IMG/VR virus record: IMGVR_UViG_3300005614_001084
Location: 108,311-172,310 of that record
Direction: 5' to 3' (one strand)
Source of the DNA: a virus
Lineage: Duplodnaviria; Caudoviricetes
Length of the DNA stretch: 64,000 nt
The position numbers were made by a program, and so were the translations under genes. The notes under the pieces were generated by a model that did no database searches, was not told the DNA's origin, and saw only the letters and a program-made list of their open reading frames with translations. Within the stretch, counting starts at the first letter, position 1; each line of letters begins with the position of its first letter. Shown in pieces: positions 54,125 through 63,087 of the stretch.

Positions 54125-55074
54125 CACCCCTCCGCCGGCTGACGCCGATAGAGACCGAGGACCTGGGCCTTGGGCGTCGTCATGAAGTCCGACGGTACCA
54201 CGGCGCTGCGACTGCGGTTCGGTACGAGCTTGGTGCCGAAGCTCTTCGAGATGAGCGTCGAGCAGATCTCGTTTTCCAGCTTGCGGCTGTCCGACCCCAC
54301 GGGGAGCACGCGGCTGCCCAGGGTGTGGAAGAGCTGGGGCACCGAGTAGCGGACCTTGTCCGGCGTCTCTTTCGCCTTCAAGATCTTGGACAGCGCCTTC
54401 TCTCGTCCCTCGTCGCTGACGTTCGGGCGCACCACTGCGATGTCGACCTCCTTGGCCATGTCGGCGAGGTTGCGCTCGTGGATGCCGCCGTCGAGGCGGA
54501 AGTCGATGACCTTCCCCTTGCCGGCGTACATCGCGGAATGCGTGAGATCACCCTGGATGGCGTGACTCACGGTATTGAAAGCGCGCTGGGTGAGCGTGGG
54601 CCCACCCGGATCGGGCTTCGGTGACATGACGAGGATGTCGCCACGACGCGCCGTGCGTTCGAGATGCGCGTAGTCGGCGAGCGTGGGGTGCTCGGCCGAG
54701 CCCATCTTGAGGATCGGTGGAGGCGCGATGTTGGGCCGGAAGGGATTGGCACCGGGCGCCGGCACGTGCCCCATGGCCTGCGCAAGCTGTCCGGCACCAC
54801 GCGCCTGCACGCGGGCACGAAGCTGCTGCCCCAGCACCTCCGGAGTCGCCTGCTGCATCGCCGAAGCGACTGGAGCCGCCCGAGCCGTCAGCGCGGCCTG
54901 AGCGGCTTGGTGAGCCGGCGTCGAACTGACGCCCTTGTAGTAGTTGGCCAGGCCCGCGACCTCGGCCTTACGCGCCACTCCAGCGCCCTGCTGCGCCAGA
55001 CGTGCCGCTGATGTGACGTGCCGGGCAAGCTGCCCAGCTTCCAGGCCGATCGTTGCGAGACCGGCCGCCTTCAG
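54124..55074 (-). CDS. Permuted papain-like amidase (YiiX/NlpC-P60-like) module, probably translated by -1 frameshift from the upstream gene
   Basis: RGDILV, THSAMYAG, YS, ICSTLIS, VPSDF; frame open back through slippery site. Confidence 0.75.
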   Translation of the reverse strand: MKAAGLATIGLEAGQLARHVTSAARLAQQGAGVARKAEVAGLANYYKGVSSTPAHQAAQAALTARAAPVASAMQQATPEVLGQQLRARVQARGAGQLAQAMGHVPAPGANPFRPNIAPPPILKMGSAEHPTLADYAHLERTARRGDILVMSPKPDPGGPTLTQRAFNTVSHAIQGDLTHSAMYAGKGKVIDFRLDGGIHERNLADMAKEVDIAVVRPNVSDEGREKALSKILKAKETPDKVRYSVPQLFHTLGSRVLPVGSDSRKLENEICSTLISKSFGTKLVPNRSRSAVVPSDFMTTPKAQVLGLYRRQPAEG

Positions 55075-55096
55075 AAAGGGCCGGGGCGGCCCTCCC
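55044..55096 (-). promoter_or_regulatory. Programmed -1 ribosomal frameshift signal
   Basis: GGAGG, 10 nt, C CCT TTC heptamer before TGA, 7-nt spacer, 8-bp hairpin. Confidence 0.75.
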
Positions 55097-56210
55097 GGAC
55101 CGCCGAGAGGAGAGACGACGTCTTGCTGATCGTTTCCTTGACCGTGGGCTCCGAAGGCTTCGAAGCATCGGTCTCCTTCACGCCCGGGAACTTGCGATGC
55201 ACAGCGGCTCGCACCTTCGCCTGCACCTCCGGCGATCCGAACTGCGCCGCTCGGGCCAGGGCATTGCGCGCGTGCGCCTCGTCCGGAATCGGGAACTTGC
55301 GCTGAGCCGGAAGCGCGAACTGTCCGCCCTTGAGCGAGTCCCGTTTCTTCTCCGTCAGATCACCGGCCTTCTTTTCGCGATGCTCCTTGAGCTTCTTGAG
55401 CCCATAGCCCGCTGCGGCCACCGGAGCACCCATCATCGCAGCTTCGGCCGCCAGTGCCTTCATGCCCGTACCGGGATTCGGCGCCGCCTGCTTCACCGCA
55501 TCGAGCAGCGTCGCCGACTTCGTGCCGTGCTCCGGGTTGTGGAAGCTGGCGTCCGGCGTCGCGGGGTTCGCGGCGAGCCCGGTCTGCTTCTGCTCCGCCT
55601 CTTCCTCGGGCGTCGCGCGACGCCCCGCGGAGTCGAGCCCGAGCGTGCTGCGTGGCCAGCTCGGGTCCTGCGGATCACCGTTGTTGATCTGACCCACCGT
55701 CTGGATGTCCGCACCGTTGGCTTCGGCGGTCTTGTCCCCTTCCTCAGATGCGGGCATGACCTGCTCGGTGGGCTGCGGCTTCATGGTCGGATCCTTGCCG
55801 CCGCCCTGTCCCTTCATCGCCTTGTGCAGCTCCAGCGCGAGCTGAGCCTTCTGAAGGCGGAGGATGTCCTTCTTCGTCCAGATGTCGTCCTCGGACTCCA
55901 TCTGCGCTTCCATCTTCTCGCGTTCCGCCCGGCGCTTCAGGCGCTGCTGAAGCTCCTGCTGCTCCAGCGCCAGCTCCTGCTCGCAGAGCTGGACGGCCTT
56001 GGCGTGCAGAGGCGAGTCGCAGAACTGGTCGAGCCAGGCGTCACCGCCCGTGCCCTCGGCGAGGCAGCGCGAGAGGTACGCCACCTTCTCGGCCTCGGGT
56101 AGCACGATGAGCGCTTCGAGCTGCTCGATGCTGAGATGATCGAGGTCCGTGGCGGCGATCTTGGTCGGAAGGACCAGGCCGTGAACGAAATCGTGAAGAT
56201 CGTTGTCCAT
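55071..56210 (-). CDS. K-x-A head protein with DUF6582-like domain
   Basis: RDSLKGGQFALPAQRKFPIPDEAHARNALAR. Confidence 0.7.
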   Translation of the reverse strand: MDNDLHDFVHGLVLPTKIAATDLDHLSIEQLEALIVLPEAEKVAYLSRCLAEGTGGDAWLDQFCDSPLHAKAVQLCEQELALEQQELQQRLKRRAEREKMEAQMESEDDIWTKKDILRLQKAQLALELHKAMKGQGGGKDPTMKPQPTEQVMPASEEGDKTAEANGADIQTVGQINNGDPQDPSWPRSTLGLDSAGRRATPEEEAEQKQTGLAANPATPDASFHNPEHGTKSATLLDAVKQAAPNPGTGMKALAAEAAMMGAPVAAAGYGLKKLKEHREKKAGDLTEKKRDSLKGGQFALPAQRKFPIPDEAHARNALARAAQFGSPEVQAKVRAAVHRKFPGVKETDASKPSEPTVKETISKTSSLLSAVREGRPGPF

Positions 56211-56221
56211 CGTCGTCTCCC

Positions 56222-57577
56222 TCACGCCGCCGTGGCGGCTGCTGCCTGCTGGGTCTGTTGCTGTGCTTCGCCCTGTGCGCGCTGCGCCTGGGCGGTTTCC
56301 TTCTTCGCCTTCGAGCCTCCCTTGGCCCCGGCGGCATCCTGCTCCGCCGCCATCTGCTCGGCTGCGGCCTGCTCCTGCGCCATCTGGTTCTGCTGCGACG
56401 AGGTGGCGACGGTGCCGGGACCGGCGCCCTGGCCCTCACCGAAGCCCACGCCCTCCTCCTGAACCGGATCGGCGGAGACGATGTTGGCGAGGTCCTGCCG
56501 AAGCTGCTGGATGCGGATGGACAGACGCATCTTCGCGTCGGCCTGCGCCGCGGCCTGCTCCGCGCTCATCTGGGCCTGCTCGGTGGCCTGATGCGCCATG
56601 TCGGCGCTCTGCTGCGCCTGCATCTGTAGCCCCTCGTTCTCCGCGCCGAGGCTTTCGATCGTCTGCTGCGCCTGCACCTGCTGCTGACCAGCCTGGTCCA
56701 TGCGCCGACGCAGATCTGCGTTCTCGTTCATGAGCTGCGCGCTCTGGAGCATCGCCTCACGGCCGAGCACCGTGCCCAGCGGTTCGGAGCCCGGCGGACC
56801 GACCGGAACGTCGCCCTTCTGCGGCGAGGGCTGGTTCGGTGCGGCGAGCTTCTGACGAAGGATGCGGGTTGCCGCTGCGATCTTCGACGCGGCCTTCGGC
56901 TGCTCGGCCGGAGCTTCGGTCGCCGGCATGTACTGCCAGAGCTTGTCGAGGTGCTCCTGGGCATCCGTCATGATGCTCTCGATCGTGAACTTCATCGGGT
57001 TCTCGCCGAGCATGGCGTGCAGGGTCTTGAACAGGACGATGGCCTGCTGCTCACCTGCGATCAGGAACTTGAGCGCGACCGTGACGTCCGCGCTCGGCTC
57101 CGGCGTCGGGGCGACGGGGATGGGCACGCCGCCAGGGCTGAGCACGCTCATGCGCCGGAGGAAGTACTTCATCTCCTTCAGCTCGCCCTTGGCCTGATCG
57201 GTGAACAGCTCGGCCAGCTCACCACGACCGACGTCGCGCATCGTCTCGCCGTAGTACGTGTACGCCGTGTGCTGGCGCATGCTGTTCGACACGATCTGCG
57301 CCAGGGTCATCACGACCTGACTCAGATCGACAGCGAACTCGCCTTCGAGGTGCCCGGTCTCGTCGGGCGCGCCCTGCTGCGTCGCCGCCGCACCTTCCTG
57401 GGGCGTCGCTTCGTTGCCCATCGCGACGTCGGCGGCGTGCTCGCTGAGGTCGGCGTCGGGCTGGGGCCCTGCCGCGATCTTCTTCAGCCCGACGAAGAAC
57501 ACCGAGGCATCGGCGCGACCCACCGGGGCCACGAGGTCGGCGGTGAGATCCTGCTCCAGCTTGTCGTAGTTGTTCAC
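56222..57577 (-). CDS. K-x-A head protein with ferritin-like four-helix domain and Gln/Ala coiled coil
   Basis: HTAY..ELAELF..QAKGELKE..RR..L.....GEQQAI..F...IMTDAQEHLDKL. Confidence 0.7.
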   Translation of the reverse strand: MNNYDKLEQDLTADLVAPVGRADASVFFVGLKKIAAGPQPDADLSEHAADVAMGNEATPQEGAAATQQGAPDETGHLEGEFAVDLSQVVMTLAQIVSNSMRQHTAYTYYGETMRDVGRGELAELFTDQAKGELKEMKYFLRRMSVLSPGGVPIPVAPTPEPSADVTVALKFLIAGEQQAIVLFKTLHAMLGENPMKFTIESIMTDAQEHLDKLWQYMPATEAPAEQPKAASKIAAATRILRQKLAAPNQPSPQKGDVPVGPPGSEPLGTVLGREAMLQSAQLMNENADLRRRMDQAGQQQVQAQQTIESLGAENEGLQMQAQQSADMAHQATEQAQMSAEQAAAQADAKMRLSIRIQQLRQDLANIVSADPVQEEGVGFGEGQGAGPGTVATSSQQNQMAQEQAAAEQMAAEQDAAGAKGGSKAKKETAQAQRAQGEAQQQTQQAAAATAA

Positions 57578-57587
57578 GGTGTCCTCC

Positions 57588-58046
57588 TCAGGAAAGATCG
57601 ATGATGGTGGCGAGGTTTCCGGCCGACGTGCCCTGCGTGAATCCGAGGACCTTGCCCGACGGCACCGCCCCCGCACTGACGGTGTCGGTGGTGGTGCTGA
57701 AGCCGAACACCGGGTTCGCGGTGCCGTCGCTCTGCACCGTGAAGCCGGCGTCCTTTTGGAACGCCAGGACCACCTGCACGTGCATCTTGCCGTCGGGACC
57801 CGACGTGACGGCCGGTGCATTCTGCACACCCCGCTTCTGCACGATGTTGGAGCCGTAGCCGGAGTTGATGGCCGCGACGATCTGATCCGCCGACATGTCG
57901 CTGCCGAAGGTGATGGTTGCCGCATCGATCTTCAGCGTCAGCCCGTTGACCGGGTTGAGCATGTTGTCGATCTTGGCGGTGAGGATGACGCCGTTGAGCC
58001 GGTCGCCGGTTCCCACCACATCGCTGACGAAAATCTCGTATGCCAT
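57588..58046 (-). CDS. Probable virion structural protein
   Basis: GLTLKID..TITF..QIVAAIN..TANPVFGF resembles the sheath insertion repeats. Confidence 0.6.
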   Translation of the reverse strand: MAYEIFVSDVVGTGDRLNGVILTAKIDNMLNPVNGLTLKIDAATITFGSDMSADQIVAAINSGYGSNIVQKRGVQNAPAVTSGPDGKMHVQVVLAFQKDAGFTVQSDGTANPVFGFSTTTDTVSAGAVPSGKVLGFTQGTSAGNLATIIDLS

Positions 58047-58056
58047 GCTGATCTCC

Positions 58057-58566
58057 TCAGTAGAAACCGATTGCCGAGAGGGCGTAGTAGTCGGAGTGAA
58101 CGCCGCTCGGGCCGGCGTCCATGATACTTGCGACGTTGATCGCGGTCTTCACCTGGCGCTTGTCCTGCTCGTACGCCGCCTGGAAGAGCTGGAGCGTGGC
58201 CTGGATGATGCCGGCCTTGTCGTTGAAGTTCACGCTCATCCCGCCGTCACTGAACGGCAGGTGGTTGCGCATGTAGATGAACATCACGCTCTGAAGCAGC
58301 GAGATCACGGTCCCGCGCAGGCAGAGGTGGTTGAGGTTGTAGGAGTAAATGAGATCGTCGAGGGTGTATCGGGAGAAGGGCGGGGTGCCGTTGAAGTTCG
58401 ACAGGAAGTCCATGGTCGCCCACGCAATCATGCGATCGCTGCTCTCCTCGCCTCGAATGAGGAGGTTGAGCATCGCGTAGTCGCGCATGAAGAGGCGGAC
58501 CTCCTGGACGTGACCGGCCAGCGTCTGCATCTGCGGCTGACCGAATCCCTGTAGCTGCTGCGTCAT
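58057..58566 (-). CDS. Probable head-tail adaptor/neck protein
   Basis: VRLFMRD..N.L..EESSD..FNGTPP..RNHLPFSDGG; position after capsid genes. Confidence 0.6.
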   Translation of the reverse strand: MTQQLQGFGQPQMQTLAGHVQEVRLFMRDYAMLNLLIRGEESSDRMIAWATMDFLSNFNGTPPFSRYTLDDLIYSYNLNHLCLRGTVISLLQSVMFIYMRNHLPFSDGGMSVNFNDKAGIIQATLQLFQAAYEQDKRQVKTAINVASIMDAGPSGVHSDYYALSAIGFY

Positions 58567-58580
58567 CCCGCCCTCCTATC

Positions 58581-59420
58581 TCAGCCGGCCAACCAACCCT
58601 GAAGAAGCTCGATGAGCTTCGTGTTCGACACGCGATCGGACTCGATCACGATGCCGCGCTCCTTGCAGAACTTGACGAGATCCTTCTTGCTCTTCTTGTC
58701 CCAGCCGTCGGGCAGCGTGCGCGCGACCTTCGCCTCGGACGTGGTGTCGGCCGTGGCCTCGACGACGTCCTTGACCTCGGGCTCCGCTTCCGGCTGCTCG
58801 GTCTCCTCGACCTGCTCGACCTGCTGCTCGGCCTCGGGGGTCTCCTGGGTCTCCGGAGCGGTCTCCGGGACCTCGGCTTCACCGTCGTCGACCAGACGCT
58901 CCTGGAGCGCTTCCTGGGCCTCCTTGAGGTTCGGGTCGCTGTCCGGGGTCTCCTGGACCTCCTGGGCGGGCGTGGGAGGCGGCGCGAGCACCGGGGGCAC
59001 CTCGGCATCCGGGGGTGCGGCCGGGTTGGTGCCGTCGCCTTCCGGAAGGTCGGGGACCTCGGCGTCGTCGGCCTCCTCGACTTCCTCGGGCTCCGGCGGA
59101 GCGGGGAGCGTGGGGACCTCGCTTTGCACCACGGTCTCACCACGCATCGCGGCGACGAGGGCGCGAAGCTCTGCCTCGTCCATGAACTTGTCGTGACGAT
59201 GCTGGACGATCAGCGTGCCGTCTTTGACGTGCTCCAGGATCGCATCGAGGTGCTTCTCGATGAACGCCGGGTTGACGTCCTTGCGACGATTCGGGCGGAT
59301 GGTGATGCCCGCGATCTGGAAGACGCGGCGCTCGAAGCGCGCGGCGCGGCGCGCGGTCTTCGTCGTGGGGTGCCGGCCACCGCCGACGAGGTAGAGACGC
59401 TGGGGAATCTGTTCGGTCAT
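58581..59420 (-). CDS. Acidic Pro/Glu-rich protein with C-terminal SAP/HeH-like motif
   Basis: SKKDLVKFCKERGI...NTKLIELL. Confidence 0.65.
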   Translation of the reverse strand: MTEQIPQRLYLVGGGRHPTTKTARRAARFERRVFQIAGITIRPNRRKDVNPAFIEKHLDAILEHVKDGTLIVQHRHDKFMDEAELRALVAAMRGETVVQSEVPTLPAPPEPEEVEEADDAEVPDLPEGDGTNPAAPPDAEVPPVLAPPPTPAQEVQETPDSDPNLKEAQEALQERLVDDGEAEVPETAPETQETPEAEQQVEQVEETEQPEAEPEVKDVVEATADTTSEAKVARTLPDGWDKKSKKDLVKFCKERGIVIESDRVSNTKLIELLQGWLAG

Positions 59421-59451
59421 GTCGGGATCTCCTCGGGAGGTTGAAGTACTG

Positions 59452-59480
59452 AAGGGGCACCGGCAGTGCCGATGCCCCTC
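59452..59480 (-). terminator. Hairpin after major capsid gene
   Basis: AGGGGCATCGGCA/TGCCGGTGCCCCT; weak U tract. Confidence 0.55.
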
Positions 59481-59513
59481 CGGTAGTTGGGTCGCTCTGC
59501 TTCCAGCTCCGGA

Positions 59514-60635
59514 TCAGCCGATGCTGACCACCTGCGGGAAGAACTGGCGGTTGCCCGCGCGGTTGTTCTGCTTGCCGAGATCTTCCTCGGCGACCGGCGT
59601 GACGCTCGACAGGATGCTGTCCGCGTTCGTCGTCGGGTTCGCGTCGCCGGAGTACAGCTCCAGCTTGCGGACCGACGCGATGTTGATGATGGACATGCCG
59701 ACGTCCTTCCACGCGACGAACTTGATGAGGTTGATCACCTTGTCGATGTAGAACTTCACGTTGTTCAGCACGTAGAACTTCCCGAGGAAGTCCGGGCTGG
59801 TGAAGCAGTACACGTTGCCCGGACGGAGGATGTCCGTCTTGATCGTGCGCACGTACCGCTTGCCGAGGAGCAGGTTGTACTTGTACCCCTGCACCGCGGT
59901 CTCCGACTGGAGCTTGTCGCCCTGATCTTCGACCGTCCACTGGAGGATGTCGTCCCAGTCCACCGAGGTGAGCAGGATGAGATCCGACTCCAGGCGGTTG
60001 CCATCGAGCAGCTTGATGAGCCGCACGATGTCGGGGCGCTGGATCGGCAGCGCCGTCGCCGTGTAGGGACCCGACGCGACGATGCGCGCCAGCTCACCCT
60101 TCGTCGCCGAGAACTCGACGACGCTGCCCGAGAGGACGTTCGGCGCGTTGAGCGCCGTCGCCGTGCCGCCGTTGGCCTCCGTCTGGAGCGCCTGGATGGC
60201 CGCCTCGATGTGGATGAGGAACTCGCGGTCCTGCACCTCACCGAGGTCGCGCACGGCGTTCTGCTCGATCACCCTCCCGATCGGGAAGGCATACGCGAGG
60301 AACTCCTGCTCCGGCTTCTGGAACATGTCGCTCATCACCGTGATGAACGGCACCTCCACCTTCTCGCCGCGGATGAAGTTCGCGCGCGGCTCGCCGCGGA
60401 ACGTGACGGTCATCGCGCGCGAGCGGGGCTCCAGGTACTCGATCTTCACGAGCGAGTCGTGCTGGGTCGAGACCTGGCACTGCGAGCGGTCGACGTTCTC
60501 GGGCGGGATCACCTGCTCGGCGAACGACGACTCGCGCAGGCGGTCGCGGATGTACCCACCGAACCGCGCGGCGATCTTGGTCTTCGCTGCCGGATCGGAG
60601 AGCTGGTTGAGGAGCATCTCCTTGTTGCTGGCCAT
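59514..60635 (-). CDS. Major capsid protein
   Basis: 373 aa, AAGGAG SD, YIRDRLRESSF, VQDREF, TIKTDI..GNVY.F..PDFLGK; HK97-like layout and position. Confidence 0.8.
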   Translation of the reverse strand: MASNKEMLLNQLSDPAAKTKIAARFGGYIRDRLRESSFAEQVIPPENVDRSQCQVSTQHDSLVKIEYLEPRSRAMTVTFRGEPRANFIRGEKVEVPFITVMSDMFQKPEQEFLAYAFPIGRVIEQNAVRDLGEVQDREFLIHIEAAIQALQTEANGGTATALNAPNVLSGSVVEFSATKGELARIVASGPYTATALPIQRPDIVRLIKLLDGNRLESDLILLTSVDWDDILQWTVEDQGDKLQSETAVQGYKYNLLLGKRYVRTIKTDILRPGNVYCFTSPDFLGKFYVLNNVKFYIDKVINLIKFVAWKDVGMSIINIASVRKLELYSGDANPTTNADSILSSVTPVAEEDLGKQNNRAGNRQFFPQVVSIG

Positions 60636-60679
60636 GGTCTGGTTCTCCTTCTCTCGTTGTCTCGTTGAGGGTCTGGGGC

Positions 60680-61156
60680 TCAGACCAGGGTCTGGAGGAT
60701 GCGCAGGAGACCACCGTTGGTGGCCGCCGGACGCGTGACGTAGCCGATGATGATGCCACCCGCCGAGGCGACGAGGCCGGAGCGGTTGACGCTGCCGGAG
60801 AGCGAGTTGTTGACGGTGCCCTGCTGGACACCGGCACCGACCGCCACGATCGCCGGGTTGTAGACGATGGTGTCGCACTCGAACGCGCCACCGCCCATGA
60901 TGGCGCTGAGCTTGCGCGACGCCTGCACGCCGTAGTCGCCACGATCTTCGATCGTGAAGAACGACGGCTTCGTGGCATCGCTTCCGCGGTTCCACTTGTA
61001 GCTGGCGTCGAGCTGCACCAGCTCGCCCTGGATGAGCGCGACCGGCGACGTGGACGTCGGGTCGAGCAGCTTGACGTCCGAAGCCTCCAGCGGCTTGCGG
61101 ATGAGACGGTCCAGGGTGGGCTGGACGACCTCGAACTTGCGATCGTAGCTGGCCAT
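60680..61156 (-). CDS. Probable head decoration/cement protein
   Basis: 158 aa beta-rich, directly upstream of MCP, IIGYVTRP. Confidence 0.6.
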   Translation of the reverse strand: MASYDRKFEVVQPTLDRLIRKPLEASDVKLLDPTSTSPVALIQGELVQLDASYKWNRGSDATKPSFFTIEDRGDYGVQASRKLSAIMGGGAFECDTIVYNPAIVAVGAGVQQGTVNNSLSGSVNRSGLVASAGGIIIGYVTRPAATNGGLLRILQTLV

Positions 61157-61210
61157 GATCTCTCTCCTTCTTTCCTTGCCTGTTCTCTATCTACCCAGGT
61201 CGTCCATCCT

Positions 61211-61612
61211 TCACGAAGTGAAGGCAGCCTGGCTCTCGATGAAGTCCTCCAGCGGATCCGAGTCGGACTCACCCGGGGCACGCTCCGAAGCGGTCTTGTG
61301 TCCCGTCTCGGTCTGCTGGAGCTGGGGCATGCGTACGCCACCGGCGGCCAGCTCGATGGCGGCCTCCGTGGTGGCGAGCTTTTCGAGCGAAAGATCGCGA
61401 AGCGACGCGACCTTCTCCTCGAAGCTGAGGTTCTGGTGCAGGCCGCGAAGGTCCATGAGCCGCGCGATCTTCATCACGCGGTTCTCGTGCTCCGCCGCCT
61501 CTGCGCGCTTCACCAGCTCGACGTTCGAGCTGGCGAGCTTGCGCATGTGGGTTGCTGCGCTGTGCATGACCGCGGGGACGTCGGCGGCCAGCTTGTTCAT
61601 GTCCTTGCTCAT
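61211..61612 (-). CDS. K-x-A head (scaffold-like) protein
   Basis: KLAA, KLAS, KIAR, KVAS, KLAT, KTAS. Confidence 0.65.
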   Translation of the reverse strand: MSKDMNKLAADVPAVMHSAATHMRKLASSNVELVKRAEAAEHENRVMKIARLMDLRGLHQNLSFEEKVASLRDLSLEKLATTEAAIELAAGGVRMPQLQQTETGHKTASERAPGESDSDPLEDFIESQAAFTS

Positions 61613-61643
61613 GTTCGTGATCTCCTCTGTTGCTGGTTCTGCT

Positions 61644-62852
61644 TCAGCCCAGCAGCGTGGAGGGATCCACGCCGAGCTTGCCCTTGACCTTCGTGAGCAG
61701 CGACGCCGCCTTCTGACGCATCACCGGATCCGCGTTCTGATCCTGGGCCGTCTTGATGGCCTGCGCCAGCAGAGCGCGCCCCACTTCGGGGTTGAAGGAC
61801 GCGGCGGCCTTCTTCTCCGCCTCTTCCTTCTCCTTGCGCTCCTTCTCCGCCTTGGCCTTCGTCTCGTCCTTCTGCTCCTGATGATCGCTGGCCGTCTTCA
61901 TCTGAAGGACGTGGCTGATCTTCTGGCCGTCGGCGCGAAGCGTGTGCGCGGGGACCGCGTTGTCCTTCTTCGGGGTCTCCGAGAAGTGCTGCGTGGTCTC
62001 GCGGACCGTCGAGTCCTTCGCCTGCGCCTTGGTCATGTTGATCAGGCCGGCGTTGTCCGGGATGTGCGACGCGCCACCCGGCTCCGTGCTGAGCATGAAC
62101 GCGTTGCTGTGTGCCGGCATGACGGGCTGCGGCGACGACGGATCCTGGGCGAGCTTCGCCTGGACCGCCTCGACCTCACGGAGCAGGCGCTCTGCCTCGG
62201 CGTCCTGGCCCAGCTCGATCATCGTCTCGGCCTGCGCGACCTTGGCGCGCAGCATCGCGGTGGCCGCGCCGCGGTCACGCGTGATGTCGCTCGCCGTCTT
62301 GCCGCCGCCCGGATGGTTGTGCGGCGCACCGCCGCGATCGCTGGTGCTGGTGAAGTCCGACTTCGTCGTCGGCAGGCCGGTGCCCGGAGGACCGTCGACC
62401 GTCGGACCAGTGATCTTGTCCGAGACGTTGGCCTGGGCCTTCGGCACCTGGACCGGCGTGGAGTTCATGCCGGACTCGTGGACCTGTGGACCGGGGGCGC
62501 TGAGCGCCGTGCCGTCCGAAGCGAGCTTCGACGAGATCAGGCCGGCGCCCACGTCGAGAGCCTCCGCGAGCTTCATGCCGAAATCGGCGTCGTCGAGGAT
62601 CGCCTGGAACGAGGCCTTCTTCTCGGGCTCGTCCTTCTTGTCCTTGTCCTTCGCCTTCTTCTTGCCCTCGTCGTCCTCGTGATCGAACGGCGAGTCGTCG
62701 CCAGCGATCTTCTCCGAGCTGCTCAGCTCGGAATCGAGGAAGTCGAGCGACCCCGCCGCTGCCGGACGCGCGTCGCGCGCCGAAGCCAGCTTGGTCTTGG
62801 TCTCCGCGCCACTGAGCGCGTTGGAAACGATGTCTGCGAGAGTGGGGGTCAT
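61644..62852 (-). CDS. K-x-A head/internal protein
   Basis: About 8 K-x-A sites separating low-complexity segments. Confidence 0.65.
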   Translation of the reverse strand: MTPTLADIVSNALSGAETKTKLASARDARPAAAGSLDFLDSELSSSEKIAGDDSPFDHEDDEGKKKAKDKDKKDEPEKKASFQAILDDADFGMKLAEALDVGAGLISSKLASDGTALSAPGPQVHESGMNSTPVQVPKAQANVSDKITGPTVDGPPGTGLPTTKSDFTSTSDRGGAPHNHPGGGKTASDITRDRGAATAMLRAKVAQAETMIELGQDAEAERLLREVEAVQAKLAQDPSSPQPVMPAHSNAFMLSTEPGGASHIPDNAGLINMTKAQAKDSTVRETTQHFSETPKKDNAVPAHTLRADGQKISHVLQMKTASDHQEQKDETKAKAEKERKEKEEAEKKAAASFNPEVGRALLAQAIKTAQDQNADPVMRQKAASLLTKVKGKLGVDPSTLLG

Positions 62853-62859
62853 GTCTTCC

Positions 62860-63087
62860 TCACGTCACTGGTGGTGGGATCAGGGCCTTCTGAGAAACGA
62901 TCGTATCGGGGCGGGTCTGCGCTGCGGGCGGGTTGGGCTGCGAGTACTCTTGGCGGTCTCTGCCGACGTCCCGCTGTTGCATCCGCCTCCGGGTGTCACC
63001 CAGCCCCTGAGGACGCTGAAGATCTTCGGCTTCCTTCAGGAAGCACTCCAGCATCAACAGGGGCTGAGTGTCACGTCGCACGATCAC
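62860..63087 (-). CDS. Small hypothetical protein
   Basis: Coupled ORF, FLKEAE. Confidence 0.5.
   Translation of the reverse strand: MIVRRDTQPLLMLECFLKEAEDLQRPQGLGDTRRRMQQRDVGRDRQEYSQPNPPAAQTRPDTIVSQKALIPPPVT

Noticed and set aside
59514-60995. 493-aa version of the capsid ORF from the ORF track
   Set aside because: The extension overlaps the decoration gene; the SD supports ATG 60635.
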